DNA from: Lama glama
Lineage: Eukaryota
DNA length: 64,000 nucleotides
Direction: 5' to 3'
Assembly (NCBI GenBank): GCA_028534125.1
Contig: CM052818.1
Span: 11,720,001-11,784,000, forward strand
The position numbers and the translations under genes were made by a program. Positions 1 to 13,619 of this stretch are shown piece after piece (the first letter of the stretch is position 1; every line of letters begins with the position of its first letter). The notes beneath the pieces were generated by a model. It did no database searches, had not been told where the DNA came from, and was given only the letters and a program-made list of their open reading frames with translations.

Positions 1-3000
1 AAAATATTCCATCCCACTAGATTGAACTGTGACGATGTCACCAGTGCTTGTGAAAACACTTAAAGCAGAGAAACTATGCCATCCAGCACTTGAAAATAGA
101 TAAATACACTCTTTTGAGGAATATCATGAGCATTTTTTAAGGACCCGTTTTGGCAAAATCTACTACAAGCTATGGTACTGGCAGAGACACATCTGTATTC
201 ATTTCTGTGTTCACTGTAAACCGTAGAATTTTGCCCAGTCGCCGTCTCTTGAAACAGCCTCACGACTATAGACAATTTTCACCATGAAAGTAAGAGCTGG
301 ACGGTAACATTGTCAGCTGAGCACAGACAGGTTTAAACAAACTTGATACAGCGTTTACTTCTTTAAACAGGTCTTCCTCTTTTTTTACTTCATTATTCGC
401 TTTCATCTACAGCAGACTCCACTTTTCTCTTCTGTATAAGCCTCTACATTTTAAAACATGTATCAGTGAAAAGAATTTAGTCATTTAAGTGCTTTGAACA
501 GCACAACCTAAGGGGAATTATAACAACAGATTTAGTTAATTGAAATTTTTCTTATATCTCTTTTAAAACTTGTTTTATCTCACTAATACTAGTCATGACA
601 TGAAAACCTGTTCAACAAATAGCCACTTTTCAATAAGCTGTTTTTATCTTACAGGTGCACCCATTTAACATTTAAAAGTTCGAGAAGGAAGAGCAAAAGA
701 ATAAAAATGGAACAAGAAAGAGAGCAAGGTAAAGATGAAAAGATTGGTTATTGTGGCATTTTAATTCAGTTCTTCCTAACTGTAAGCAAAACAGAGACAA
801 AATTATTTCAATTCTCTGTTCTTTTCTAGACAGAGCCTCTCTTTGGTTTGTTTTAATTTTGGTTTTTTTTATGTTACGTTTCGATTGCAGTTCACATTTC
901 AGGGCCACCAACAGGCACCATGTTTTTCTCTAGAAGTTTTGAATGAGTTTTCTGTGTGTGGTATTTTATTATAATTTTTAAATATTTGTCCTTTGTTAAG
1001 TCCAGCTTTCTCTTAGAGGGTTCTGGAATCAGAGGATCCGAAAGACACATGGCAGTTTGTCACAAGACAGTGTCCTCATCGATCAGGCCACTGTCACCAT
1101 TTGATAGTTATCCTGCACACACAGGAAGCTGAAAAGCAGAACTCGCTCGAATGAAGAGGCAACTCTATTCTTTTCAAAATGACCAGAGTTGTCCTCTTGT
1201 GAATTCAACTTCACGAATTACACAGATAAGTTTGACGTGGTCTCCAAATGGAAAGTGTTGCAGCTCTAAAACTGTTTTTCACATGATACACATAAAAAAC
1301 TAACTCTTAAATGCTTTTGAGCCCTGTTCTCAGTTTCTTCAAACGCGCTCTCCCTTGAAAACTCAGGATTCTTTCATTTGGTACCTCTGAAAACCAAAGT
1401 AATCATAAGGTTTATTTTTTATGGTTTGCCTATTTTGAGAAAAAATGTTAAATAAATCATTCCTACATGAAAAATGATTACCAGCATGTAAAGTGGAACG
1501 CAGAATTACCTTAGATATATTATGCACAGTGCTTTTCAGGACGGCAGCTAATTTCCAGCAGAAAGGTCATGCAAAAAAATAATGTGATTAGAAGAGGTTG
1601 AAGGAAAAAAATAGCCACATATTTGGACATAGACCAAATTCCCTTTTTGCCACTGTAACTGAAAACCATTGCTTCAATATTTAATGAAACGCTTATGCTG
1701 CAGCACCTGGTCACATTGTCAGCACTGCCTAACCACTGCCTCCCCCGTGGGTCATTACTGCAGCCATCTGAAAGGGGGCAAACTGTTCATCGACGACAAT
1801 AATGCCAGTCTTTAAGAATCTACAGCTACAAAACAGCAGGAGACAGAGTTACTTTGGCTTTGATCTTGGAAAAAATGGCTGGGGGCAAAACGCTGTTTCC
1901 TACCATCAGAGACTCTACAGTTAGCAATAATTCTGTAAGTCAAAGCCATTCACAGGACTCAACTTGGCTGCCAGGCTTTGCTTTCTCTCTCCCCTTGCAG
2001 AAAGCCAGCAGCTCCTGGTGAGAAATCCTTGTCAACAGGAAAACACTAGTTCACGCTACCCTGCTAATGATCCAATGCATCAATACCTCAAACAATCACA
2101 ACAAGCAGATGTCCTAAGTTAATATAGACTTCCCTGGGATTTTCCCGGTGAAACACAGCTTTAAAAGGCATTAGTCTTTTGTCCTCGCTAGAGAACGGCT
2201 AAATTCTGGCACCAATTCCTTGGGTATGTGAACCTCAGCCTAATGGAATTTAATTACTTTAGTGGTATTAATCATCTGTACAGTAGAGCAAAGAGTATTT
2301 TATTACCACTTTTAAGGGTTATCGGCACATTTATTTCAAATGAACTGTCAAACTGCGTTACGTGGAAGGCCTGCCGGGTTTGAATTCTGCAGCTCAGGTG
2401 AAAATAAATTTACAGTTTAAAACTCTTCCCCACTCATCAGCATCCCACCCATTAATAGTGGTAGCACATATGTAAGACTCTCAAAATTAAAAGAAATTAA
2501 GTGTTGAATTAGCTATTCATTTTTTACTCTCTGGTTTTATTCCTTATTCCAACCATTTTAACTACTCATTTGCAAAGGGTGCTTTATACCAAGGACCTCA
2601 GGAACACCAACTGGCATCAAATAGGCTGTGACACCATTACAGGCTTAGTTACAGAAAAGTGACGCTAATCTTGTCCATTATCAGGCAACAAGCACCAGCT
2701 CAATAATATAAGATTCCTCCAACTCACACCATGTAGCAAATGCTTTTGTTTTCGTTCATATTCAGGGAAAATGAATGTGTACTTCTCTCTCCTCTTGGTT
2801 GTTTTTAGCCCTATTTGAATTGTTCCATAAAGAACTCTAAGAAACTGTTGCATCATTTATAAAGCTCTCCTCCTGTGCTAAATAGATCCAAGAGTGGATT
2901 GCAAGATGCCAGACTCAGGTTAATTCTGCAGACTTCGGTAAACTTTGTCATAAAGCATTCTACAGGACTCAGGGTAGCAAACTAGAAGAGTGGGATCCGG

Positions 3001-3030
3001 GAAGATGCAGGGCAAGGGTCCTGACACACA

Positions 3031-3808
3031 TGTGGCCGGAGAGCTCCCTAGGGCTCTGGAATTGGGTTGCCTGGGCTTTAATCGCCCAAGTATTACTTAC
3101 GCAACTGTGTCATAATGAGAAATATATCTGGTCTTCGTCCCCAGGTCCTGGCATTAAGCTCCTCAAACCTGGAATTTTGAGAGCTCGAAGAGTACCTTTG
3201 CCATTCCCAGGGAGAGCCCTTTGAGCTTATGTTAACTAGGAGATCTAGGGTGAGGCCTCTAGATAACTTGAGGACAGGGCTGCTCAGCAGAAGGGCCAGG
3301 TGATCCAGAAAGGCTGGAACTTTCAGACCCACTGATCGGCATGGGGAAAGAGAGAGGTAGGGAGCTGCAGATGAAGCTCTATAAAACCTCTTGAACAAGA
3401 TTTGATGAGCTTCCAGGTTGGTGAACATATGGAGGTGCTGGGAGAGTGGTACCCTCGGAGATGGTGTGAAAGTGCCATACCCCTATTCCCTTACCTTGCC
3501 CTACACATCTCTTCCGTCTGACTGTTCCTGAGTTAAACCCTTTTTTGACAGACTAATAATCTAGTAAAATGTTCCTCTGAGTTTCATGAGAAGCTCTAGC
3601 AAATCAATCCAATCCAAGGAGAGGGTTGTGGGGACCTCTGATCTATAGCCAGTGGGTCAGAAGCACAGGTGTCCAGGTAGACCTGAGACTGGCATCTGAA
3701 GTTGGGGGAGGGCAGTCTTAACCTGTGGTATCTGATGCCATTTCCAGGTAGATAGTGTTAGAATTGAGTTAACTGCTTGGTGGTGTTGGGGAAAACACAC
3801 ATATTGGA
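3031..3808 (+). mobile_element. MER21-family LTR
   Basis: Collinear with the recalled MER21 consensus, e.g. gagcttccaggttggtgaacatatggaggtgctgggag, ccttaccttgccctacacatctcttcc, gccagtgggtcagaagcacagg, ccaggtagatagtgttagaattgagttaa. Confidence 0.8.
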
Positions 3809-3814
3809 GATATC

Positions 3815-3965
3815 TTAGGGAAACTGTTCAAACTCTTGTGTCCTAATCTGTAAAATGGGGATATAATCATAGGCTTATTTTAAGGTTCAAAGACAATATG
3901 TACAAATAAAATAATCTTAGCACAATGTCTGGTTTATAGTGGGCTCTGTTATATTGTTATGATTA
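3815..3965 (+). mobile_element. MIR SINE fragment
   Basis: MIR core atctgtaaaatggggatataat, followed by cttagcacaatgtctgg. Confidence 0.7.
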
Positions 3966-6099
3966 GAAGGAAGATACATAATATTTGAAAAGTAATGTAT
4001 TCCACCTTATCACATGGGTCAATAACATGTGAAACAAATTCCCTATGAATGCCAGTGACTTCTAAGACACCATCCTTTTTTTACCTTCCTTACCTTTATC
4101 CACCCTTCCTCCACCAAAGTCCCTCTAGCGCCCAACCTGTTCCACATCCACCTGTTTAAGGCATTTTCCAGCCATCTCATTTCAGAGACATTCTGCAGAG
4201 AGAGGCAAATGAGAGCAATTTGTGACATGAGATACTGCATGTGCAAAAGACACGTAATTAGTGTCAAAATGGATGCATTTGCTTTTTCAAGTCTATTTGT
4301 CCTATGATTTCAAATGAATCAAGCTGCTATATCTCTCTCAACAGCTTCATACTACTCCATAATGAATTAAATGGCTCCTTTGAAAAAAAGTGTAAGCTTT
4401 ATGAATAAAATGCGTTTTCAAATGTTGGGATAAGAAGGACTTAAAAAGACTCTTATGTCTAGTACCCTTTCGCTTAAAGATCTTCTCCAAACTCAGAATC
4501 TTTGAAAGAAAAGCATTCTCCAAGAAAAAAAAAACAAAAAACTTTTTTCCCCTATCTTTCCAATCGGTATAATTACCAGTAGTGGGGAGGGGGGTAGAAA
4601 AAAAGCTACAGTATTCAGCAAAGCAGAATAGGGCTCTGAATTTCTCTACCCCTCCTTAGTACTCTGACGTCCTAAGCATGCAATCAAGGCCCCAAATCTT
4701 TTTCAAAGACACCTCATAAGAGAGGAAAGAATGCTCTACTCAAAGCTCTAAAATGTTTAGATTCTGCTATTCAGTTCCTCTATTTCTATCCTCCTGTTTT
4801 TCTTCTCTGAATATGTTTGGTATTGCAATAATATGTGTACCTTCTGAGTTCATTCTCTTAACTCTATCTTTGAAACAAGCTTGTTCCTCCAAGTTTTTGG
4901 TTACTTTAGTTTTTACTAATATCCTCATAGATTTGGAAAAAAAAAAAAGAAACAAAGAATTTTTGAGCCTGACTAACAGTAGTCTATGGAAAAGTCATAA
5001 AAATTCATTAGCACTTTTGGAAGACCAGTGCTATGGATGATTGAAGGAGAGAGTGTTAATAAATAACTCAATCAAAAGTAGTTTGAGATTTCAAGTAAAG
5101 AGTCTGCCCTGGTCCATCTAGAAATATGCACATCCAGATTATATTTAAGCCCAGTTTCTAGTAATGGTGCATGCTTCCTTCGTGTGATGGGAGGAAGTTA
5201 AAATCAGCAACAGATTTATGGAACTAATCTTTTCCTACTTGAACAAGCAAAAAAATAAATAAAGGAAAGGATGTGTCAGATTCCATCCAATGGTCCATGG
5301 GGTTAAGTTTACCTCATCATTGTCACTTGCATTATGAAAAGTAATGTCACTGTAAATACTATAAACTAGGCTCACAGGGAAGGGTTCAGGATTTAATCCT
5401 GGTTCCCTTGTATTCTTCCAACCATAAGGGCTGTTTCTTCATTGTGAAAGAAGACAATGTTAATCATCTTAACAAGCACACGAGGATAAATGAGATTAAA
5501 TTTATATACCAAGTTAAACTAAATAAATCCAACATGGTATAAAGTGACAGCTATATTAAAGGAAAAAAATTAAACAATTTCATTTATTTTCTCAGAGGAA
5601 GCCCCAGGCTTCACCACAGTGACTTCTAGCTATTGTTAGTTCTAAGTAAAGGCACAAAGTAGTCTTTGTAGTGAAAAAGTCTTTCATTTAATCTGCATTC
5701 TCCAACCCTAGAACTCCTCTGGGATAATTTTCCTGTCCTTCAGGTATTTGTGTCTAGAGTTGGCCACGATGACCGATTTGAACAATCAACCCTGGTTGTT
5801 GCTATCAGAAACTACTATCTGAGTGCCCAGCTGCACACAGAAATGGGCTAATGGCGGTATCACACAAACCCGATGGATGTTTATACTCTAGAGGGCAAAT
5901 GCTGAAGTGACGTGAAGGCATGTAACTGAAGATAAACATAGGTGGAAAAAATAGCTAGTGAGAGCCATTCCTTCTCACACCTTGCATAATCATCAAGTTA
6001 GTCATTTTATTAAAAATTCCTATTCACTAATCACTTTGGTAATTTTATCTCAGAGCACAAATTGCCAATATCAGGATCATCAGTATTATAGGTAGAATT

Positions 6100-6420
6100 G
6101 CATAAATTTGGGTACATCTATTGATGCAATATTATTGTGTGAAAATTACTACTGAGGGCTTATAATCACACAGGAATATGTTTTTGCTGAAATGAAAAGA
6201 AACAGAGAGCAACTGTTTTCCGTGGTTTGATTACATCTGTATAAAACCAAGCAACCAAGCAGCAAATATAGACAAAATGTCGGAATAAAATACATCAAAA
6301 TGCCAACTGTATCAGTTTGGTTTGGTAACAGTAAGATTTTTTTCCCTCTCCTTTCTAGTTTTCCCAAATTTACTAATATTCTGTAATAAGTATGTTCTTT
6401 TATGCTGAGAAAACACATAT
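6100..6420 (+). mobile_element. Old L1 (L1MC/ME-type) 3' fragment
   Basis: Degenerate L1 3'-end motifs (ggtacatctattgatgcaatatt ... aatattctgtaataagtatg). Confidence 0.45.
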
Positions 6421-8474
6421 GCAAGTTTTTTGTTAATTAGTTAAAAAAGAGAGAGAGAGAGAGAGACCTTATTTTACACTTTTGAATCACCATAGAAGGG
6501 TATAAACCTCCAATTAATGTTACATGTCATTTAGGGACAGAGGTAGGTACACAACTTTGTAAAGCAGAAGGCCACTAGCATACAAGTTCAGTCTCCATCA
6601 CTGATGCTCCTATTCAGGTCTTTTTCATCAGCAACCCTTTTCTAGTACCAGAATACTGGCTTTAAGTATCACTCCACTTCCCAGATAATACTGTCTACTT
6701 TTATTTATTGTTTAGGTGTATTTGTTGTTGCTATTTCAGTATAAGCATCAATCAGCCAATTACCAAAATGTCCTTCATTGTGCTATTTGGGAAAACGAGT
6801 AACTTTCCACTTAACAAAACTTATTTTTCAGAAATACATTGTCTTTACATAAATTCATACCCCATTTCCTCATTTTTTCCCATTCCTCAGGATATTTTCA
6901 TTCTCTGCTTGACATGTCTTAAGGTGCGTTGACTGAAATTAGACTGGTATTCCAGATGAAAGTGTATCATTATTTGATATAACATCAACTTACTATTTCC
7001 ATATTATTTTCCCCCCTTTGTAATGCACCCTGGGGTCCCATATGCCTTCCTAACTGTCTCTGTGTGATGAGAAGACTTCTTTGCATTGTCCGTGATGACT
7101 CCTAATTCATTTAAACAGCACGCACTGTTTTAATCATATCTGTTTTCACAGATAGCACATCTTTTTATGAGCTGTACTATCCCTTTGCTAACTTAGCTTT
7201 TCTTTCATGTGAAATGTTCTAGGTCAGATCAGTAATACAGTATTCAAAGATACAATGATAAAAAGTAATGTTAGCTCAGTGACAAAACAATGATGTTTCA
7301 AACATAGTGTTAATCATTTCTACAAATACAGGAGAATTACCATTAAAAGATTTCATATGGGTGACTATTGAAATATTTAACACTTATAAAAGAGATATAT
7401 GTGCTTCTCTTGTTTTTTATAAATGTCTTTGCCATTTTACTAATTAACCAAAGATATCTTTGTTTAGACAAATTTTGTCTCCATCACAGCCCATGCTCTT
7501 TCTGCATTACTTTTTCCTGCAGTAAAATTAAAGCACTCGGTTTTACACACTAATCATCCTCTAGGAAACAGATTGCAATATTGTGAATACAAAAGATGAG
7601 ACAGGAAGATGGGACTGTTGGGCTCTCATCCCGGATCTGCCCCCCAGCGTGTGCGGCGCTCCTGGAAATGGGCTGCTTGTTCCTCTGCCTCAGTGAACTT
7701 GTTCAAAGAATGGATGGAGCGATTTTAACTACTTTACAAGATGCTGTAATTTTTGTGGTTTTAAAAAAATATGATTCCCAATTCGATTATTTTTCCTCAG
7801 CCTTCATTTGAGTGTTCCTGATCACATCTTTATATACCTTCCTAAAATTACGACCGGTGAGAATGTGCCTGCACGCCCGGTCTCCGACTTCATTTTTGTG
7901 GCTGAACTTCACTGTTAAAGATTTTCTCGTCCTTTCCAACCAGCCTCCGTTTTCAAAGCATGTGCTTACTGCAAAATTGCAAGAAGGCATCACCCCCTCC
8001 CCCACAATACTCAGACATTTCATGATCCCAAAGCCTTTCCTTTCAAATCTAATCAATATTTCTTTGGAGTGAAATATCACTTTGTCAATTATTTGAAGCA
8101 ATAGTTTAATTCCATCCTAGGTTTGCCCTTCTAACAGGCCTCTCATCTACTCAAATGAAATGTACTCAGGACATAAAAATCAGAATTTATAGTCATGGTC
8201 TTGGTAAAAATAAAGCATAATTAGTGGAATAAACATGATATAAATATATATATACATATATTAGATTTATATTGCATCCTTCTTTCAAATAGTTACTCTG
8301 TTCCCCTTGAATCATCCCAATTGCATACTAATTTAGCTCCTGGCTAAAAAAGATGGCGACTTATTTTCATATGAAGAGATAAAACAAAAAAGAGATTGGA
8401 TACATGGATAGAAACATGAGTAGCACACCGTAGGTACCTTAGAAGTATTGTTGTCTCGTTGATTTTATTCTGCA

Positions 8475-9440
8475 GATTGAGCATTAATTACGTACTAAGC
8501 ACTATGCAGGAGCTGGGGCTACAAGAATGAACTTCTGTTTTGAAAAAGTCTCTTCTAGCTCAGAGCTTACAATAAACAGGAAATATGAATTAGCCTGAAT
8601 GCTATGCACTGACATTTTTTGTAGGACAAAAATGGCCATTATCTACAATTTCATGTGGTTCAACCTAAATAATATGTCAGATGGTGATAAGCGACATGGA
8701 GAACAATAAAGCTGGGGTAAAAGAGAAAGTGAGTCTATGTAGGTTATTACTCTCTCTAAAAAAAAAGTATGGAACACTTTATGAATTTTCATGTCATCCT
8801 TGCTCAGGCCAAGCTAATCTCTGTTTCGTTCCAATGTTAGTATATGTGCTGCCAAAGTGAACATAGGATATTTTAAATAGGGTAGTTGGGGAAGGAGGGG
8901 ACCTTAAGTAAGTGAGAGAGCAAGATGATGTGGGTCTTGCTCTGGAAATCTCTGGAAAGAGCAGTCAAAGCACGGGGAACAACTAAAACAAAATCCTGGA
9001 GCAGGACTAGATTTAGGCACTGAGAACCAGCACAGGTGTCAGTATGGCCAGGGCAGGATGGACAAGGAGCAAGAGAGTCGACAGTGAGACCAGCAGGGGA
9101 GAGCAGGGGCTTGGAGGCAGCAAGGTCATGTAGGGACTTGTGGTCACAATAAGGAATTTGATGTTACTCTGAGAAGATTAGAAGGTTTTGGAGGGCTGCG
9201 AGCAGAGAAGTAACATGAGGCAATCTGCTTTTTAATAGGACTATCCTAGTTGTGGGGTCAAGGACAATATCAAATGGCAGAGAGAAGGGCACGAGTGGGG
9301 GGTGCATTTTAGGAGGCTACAACATGGAGCCGGTTGGTGACTTTGACAAGGTCCAGGGTGTCCTCTTAGGGAAGACAAGGTGGAAAACAAGATTGCTGTG
9401 GGAAAGGAGGTCAAGGAACTTAGAGGATGCAATTTTAGAA
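8475..9440 (-). mobile_element. L2 LINE fragment interrupted by a U6 retrocopy
   Basis: Antisense L2 3' region motifs (attgagcattaattacgtactaagcactatgc; ggaatttgatgttactctgag; ttggagggctgcgagcagagaagtaacatg). Confidence 0.75.
8758..8864 (-). pseudogene. U6: U6 snRNA retropseudogene, full length and diverged
   Basis: The reverse complement atgttcactttggcagcacatatactaacattggaacgaaacagagattagcttggcctgagcaaggatgacatgaaaattcataaagtgttccatacttttt aligns end to end with U6 (GTGCTCGCTTCGGCAGCACATATACTAAAATTGGAACG...GCGTTCCATATTTT). It carries CpG-type transitions and small deletions. Confidence 0.95.
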
Positions 9441-10007
9441 GAATCATCTATGTGACTAATACATGGAAGAGTTATTCAATCCACATAGAGATTTTACTCA
9501 TCTACCAATTGTGAGTCCAGTGCTGTGTCCAGTAAGAGGGCTCCTATAGAATTAAAAAACAACAAACACATCAAAAAACACTTTCACTTCTGTAAGGGTC
9601 ACATTTTAAAGTTGTATCTGCTCCACAGAAAGATGCAGTATGTTTATGGGCTTGCTTATTCCATTGCAAACTATAGGATTCCTGGTATACTTTGTTCAGA
9701 GCAAAGAACATGTGTTTCTGAAAACTGACACATAAATGAAGTAATATAAATGTCTGGGAAGGCTCATTAAACAAAATCTGACCTAATCACTTCATAAAGT
9801 GAATATCACCCGATTTATAAATGTGGGTTTTTATGTACTGAGTATTTTTATAAATGCATTGATGTTGCATGTAAAGTAAGAGTGAAAAATAACACATAGA
9901 CCAACCCAGTTTGGTAGTACTGCCAATATTCAAACAAAAAAGCCTTTGACCCCAGCTATGTTACTGAACACTCCAGTCTATCCATCTAGAGTCTAGACCC
10001 AGCTGTG

Positions 10008-10170
10008 CAGTACTTTCTAACCTACTGACTCTCAGGTATCTTTGAGTCACTTTGAGAATCTGATCAAAATTTTAGACTGCTTCCTTACAAGAGGAAAAAA
10101 AGTCTCCAGGTACACAATATTATTCATATAATTTCAGGAAGTTCAAGGACCCTGTGAAGCCCACCTACAA
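10008..10170. mobile_element. hAT-Charlie-type DNA transposon relic
   Basis: tttgagaatctgatcaaaa ... aatttcaggaagttcaaggaccctgtgaagccca resembles a short mammalian hAT element; the family is not resolved. Confidence 0.45.
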
Positions 10171-10217
10171 AGTACCCTCCTCGATCAACCTGGAAAGCGA
10201 TCATAGACAGAACTGTA

Positions 10218-10240
10218 AAAAAAAAAAAAAAAAAAAAAAA
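10218..10240 (+). repeat. Poly(A) run (A23)
   Basis: Read directly from the sequence. Confidence 0.95.
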
Positions 10241-11839
10241 GCTTTTGTATTTTTACCGATACTAGGCACAGTTCTTTTTACAAAAAGTTAACCTCTTTTG
10301 TGAAAAAATAAATAAATGAATATGATATCTAAGCACAAGAAGTTTTATGACTATCTCTTTGGTATCAAAATCAAATCAACAAAAACGATGTTGATCAGAT
10401 ATTTTCATGGATCCTAAGTGCTGTGAAGCATACAAAGAAATATACGGCATGGTTTTGAGCGTCAAAACCATACTGGACTATATACGATAGTTTTATACTA
10501 TGAAAAGGAATATAAGATGCACACACGTGAAATTCATCTGAAAATACATGGGCCCAAGTAGAGATTCCAGAAGTTGCTTCTGGAAAGAAGAGATGCCACA
10601 ACATTGACGATAAATTTGTTGTCAAAATAAGAGCTCAAATATTAAGAACCACTGAGGCAATGGCCTTTTACGTTACAATAGTGAAGAATTTCTGAGAGAA
10701 ATCAGCCTGGAGCTGGGCCTTATAGAAGGAGGTGAAATAAATGGAATCAACATGTAGAAAGGACGTCTCCGAGACAGAGATGGCTGGCTTCCTGTTGGTC
10801 TGAAATTTGACATATTTGGCAAGTTCTCCATCAAAATGCACCCGGCCTGTCATTAGAGAGTGAAACAGGCCAAACAGTGTGCAGAATCTCAGCAGAGCAG
10901 ATGAGCAAATTCAAATTAATGCAGAAGCTCAAGTACTAGAAAGTCTCCTCCAGGAAAGTTGCTTCCCTGGTTCCCAGTCAGTGGTTAGGAATAGTCAACT
11001 GTCAGCCTTGTTCAAAATACCCACTGTTATCATATTCTCATTATTATTTATCCGTGAGCACTTTACAGTTTGCAAAGGTGTTTCACATACATGGCTTCTT
11101 TCTTGCAGTTAATAGCATTTGTATTGACCTTTTATTAAGCAACATCTGGGAGACAAATAATGAAGAAAATGGATGCAATTATTTGATCTATGTAAAATCT
11201 GAACCAATTAAAAAAAAGTCATTAAAAAGTCACCCAGATTGACACAATTCACACCAAAAGAGTCATACAGCAAGGACCTTTGTCCTGTCCCTGTAATATC
11301 CATGTTAGGTCGAGTTTCATGAGTCGAAGAGAAGAGGAACATACTTTTCCTCTAAATAACTAAAAAAGAGAAAAGTATCATATTCTTCTGAATTTCATAA
11401 GTTTTTAAAACAAATGTTTTACTTGTGTTTGTTCCTTTTAACAAATTCTCCAAATTAAATAAAGCTGTCAAAATTGGAAATATCCAAAGTATTTGATTAA
11501 TAGGTTTTCTGGTTAACTTGGATAGAGTAAATTGAAGGTAATCTAATGTTTTTTCATAATTGGCAACCTTCAAAGGTATTCTGATCATTGGTGATCTGGG
11601 GCAGCAGGGAGAGGACAGGGCTGATTTGAACTTGAACAACCTCAGCACTAAGGTGGAAAAGGACGGTGTTGAAAAACAAATCCACTTTATTAACAGTTTT
11701 GGTAAGTTAGGATCCAGATTATTAGCTTTTAAATAAAATAAGAACCTAAAACCTCACACTTAAATTATTTTAACTATCTTTCACCTTCTAGACTTGGCCT
11801 TGCTAGCCTTCACACTTTATGTCTTTAGAATATGCATTT

Positions 11840-12386
11840 AATAAAAATGAACTTATTTACAAAACAGAAACAGACTCACAGACACAGAAAACAAACTTAT
11901 GGTTACCGGGGGGGAAGAGGGTGGGAAGGGATAAATTGGGAGTTTCAGATTTGCAGATACTAATTACTATATATAAAGTAGATAAACAATAAGTTCATAC
12001 TGTATAGCACAGGGAACTATATTCAATATCTTGTAGTAACTTATGGTGAAAAAGAATATGAAAAATAACATATATATATGCTCATGCATGACTGAAGCAT
12101 TATGCTGTACACCAGAAATTCACACAACATTGTATACTGACTACATGTCAATAAAAATACATATATATACAAAGGACACTGAGAGCCTGATGGCAGGGCA
12201 AGGAGCTGCAGGTTTGGACTTTGGCACCTTCCTTGGATAGTCTGCATCCAGAGCTGGCAGTGTCACTATGCGATGTGACTGTGGGCAGGAGTCAGAGCTC
12301 ACAGGCTTCCCTGCAGTTTGTAGGGTGAGGGATTGTAATAAACCCCACAGACCTGTAAAAGGAAAACTCGTCCCACGCACAAAAAA
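11840..12386 (+). mobile_element. 5'-truncated young camelid-type L1 3' end (to ~12170) plus ~200-bp 3' transduction
   Basis: L1 3' UTR (aacagaaacagactcacagac...ttatggttaccgggggg...tatagcacagggaactatattcaatatcttg...acaacattgta...caataaaa). TSD agaatatgcattt lies at 11827-11839 and 12387-12399. Confidence 0.9.
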
Positions 12387-13619
12387 AGAATATGCATTTT
12401 TAAAGTTGAGAATTTGCTATATCTTGGAAATAGGTAACAAAGATCTGACATATTGAGCAAAGCTATCTTTTCTGAATACTCAAAATGTTCTATTACCAAG
12501 GATTTCTGCAACTCTATAGAGTAAGCCTCAAGGAGCCTGAAATGATGGGACATTCCCACCTACAGGCCCCATCAGACCACAGGAAATCCTGAGATTCTGA
12601 GACATCTTCTGACTTCTGAAAGGCCAAAGTATAATCAAATTTTGTTTCAGTTTTAGGGGAAGTTAATTTGGCTCTGATTGTTAGAGAATTAACCATCTAC
12701 AAATTATATACGGAATATACACATGAACTTTTGGTTAAACAAAGAATTTTATTTTATAATCATTCCAAATGACAGAGTTTACTGTAACATTTATTCAGAA
12801 TTTTAATCATTAACACCAAATTCTCCTTTCTGCAGCTATCTACCACAGGGTAGTTGAAAAAAAAAATTTCCCTTTCACCATGTACTTGCTTGGAAGTAAA
12901 AGATTTAGGAAGAAAACCTAAGTAAACCTAAAACCAAGGAAAAAAGCACACGGTATCCAATTTCAACCAATACATAGTGATTAAAATCTCCAAACTACAT
13001 GTACAGTTTTACTGACTGAATTGAGCCAGAAGTAAAATAAAGCAAGCAAAGGATTTTTTTTTATACATAGTTAAAAAAAATCATGGATAATCATAAGCTC
13101 TGCTCCACCAGGAAAAAATAACAAGATTTAAAATTGTTGTAATAAGGCAGTGGTTAAGAACACAACTACATTATGCTAATTATCATAGTTATAGCATTAG
13201 CCAATGTAAATTACTACACTTATTAAAGGGACAAAAATGGTTCCATGCTTAGAAGATACAGATAAGTTATAGTAAGGCTTATAGGCTGAGAGTAAAATTA
13301 TGCCTCTTTTGCAATAAAAATAATGGTTTTAAATAGAAAATAATAAATAACATGAGTGGACATGCAAGTGTATAATAATTACTTTAACTTTTATAGAGGG
13401 CAGGACCTCAGTTTTATTATCAGTAGTGTATCATATGCACTTCAGCTCTGTACAACTGTAGCCTTCTATAGTTAAAGCAAATGTTTGGTGTGTCGTTATG
13501 GGTTTAATTCCTATAAGGGCACACTCTTTTTTTTTTTTTCCCCCTTTTGCACCAGTGAAGAAAGAATCCAAATAATTTTCAAGAACCTTTGATCCAATTG
13601 TTATTTTAAATTCACATAA

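Noticed and set aside
1307..1386. Minus-strand terminal-exon-like piece (VPNERILSFQGRARLKKLRTGLKSI*)
   Set aside because: I found no phase-compatible upstream exon and do not recognise the peptide.
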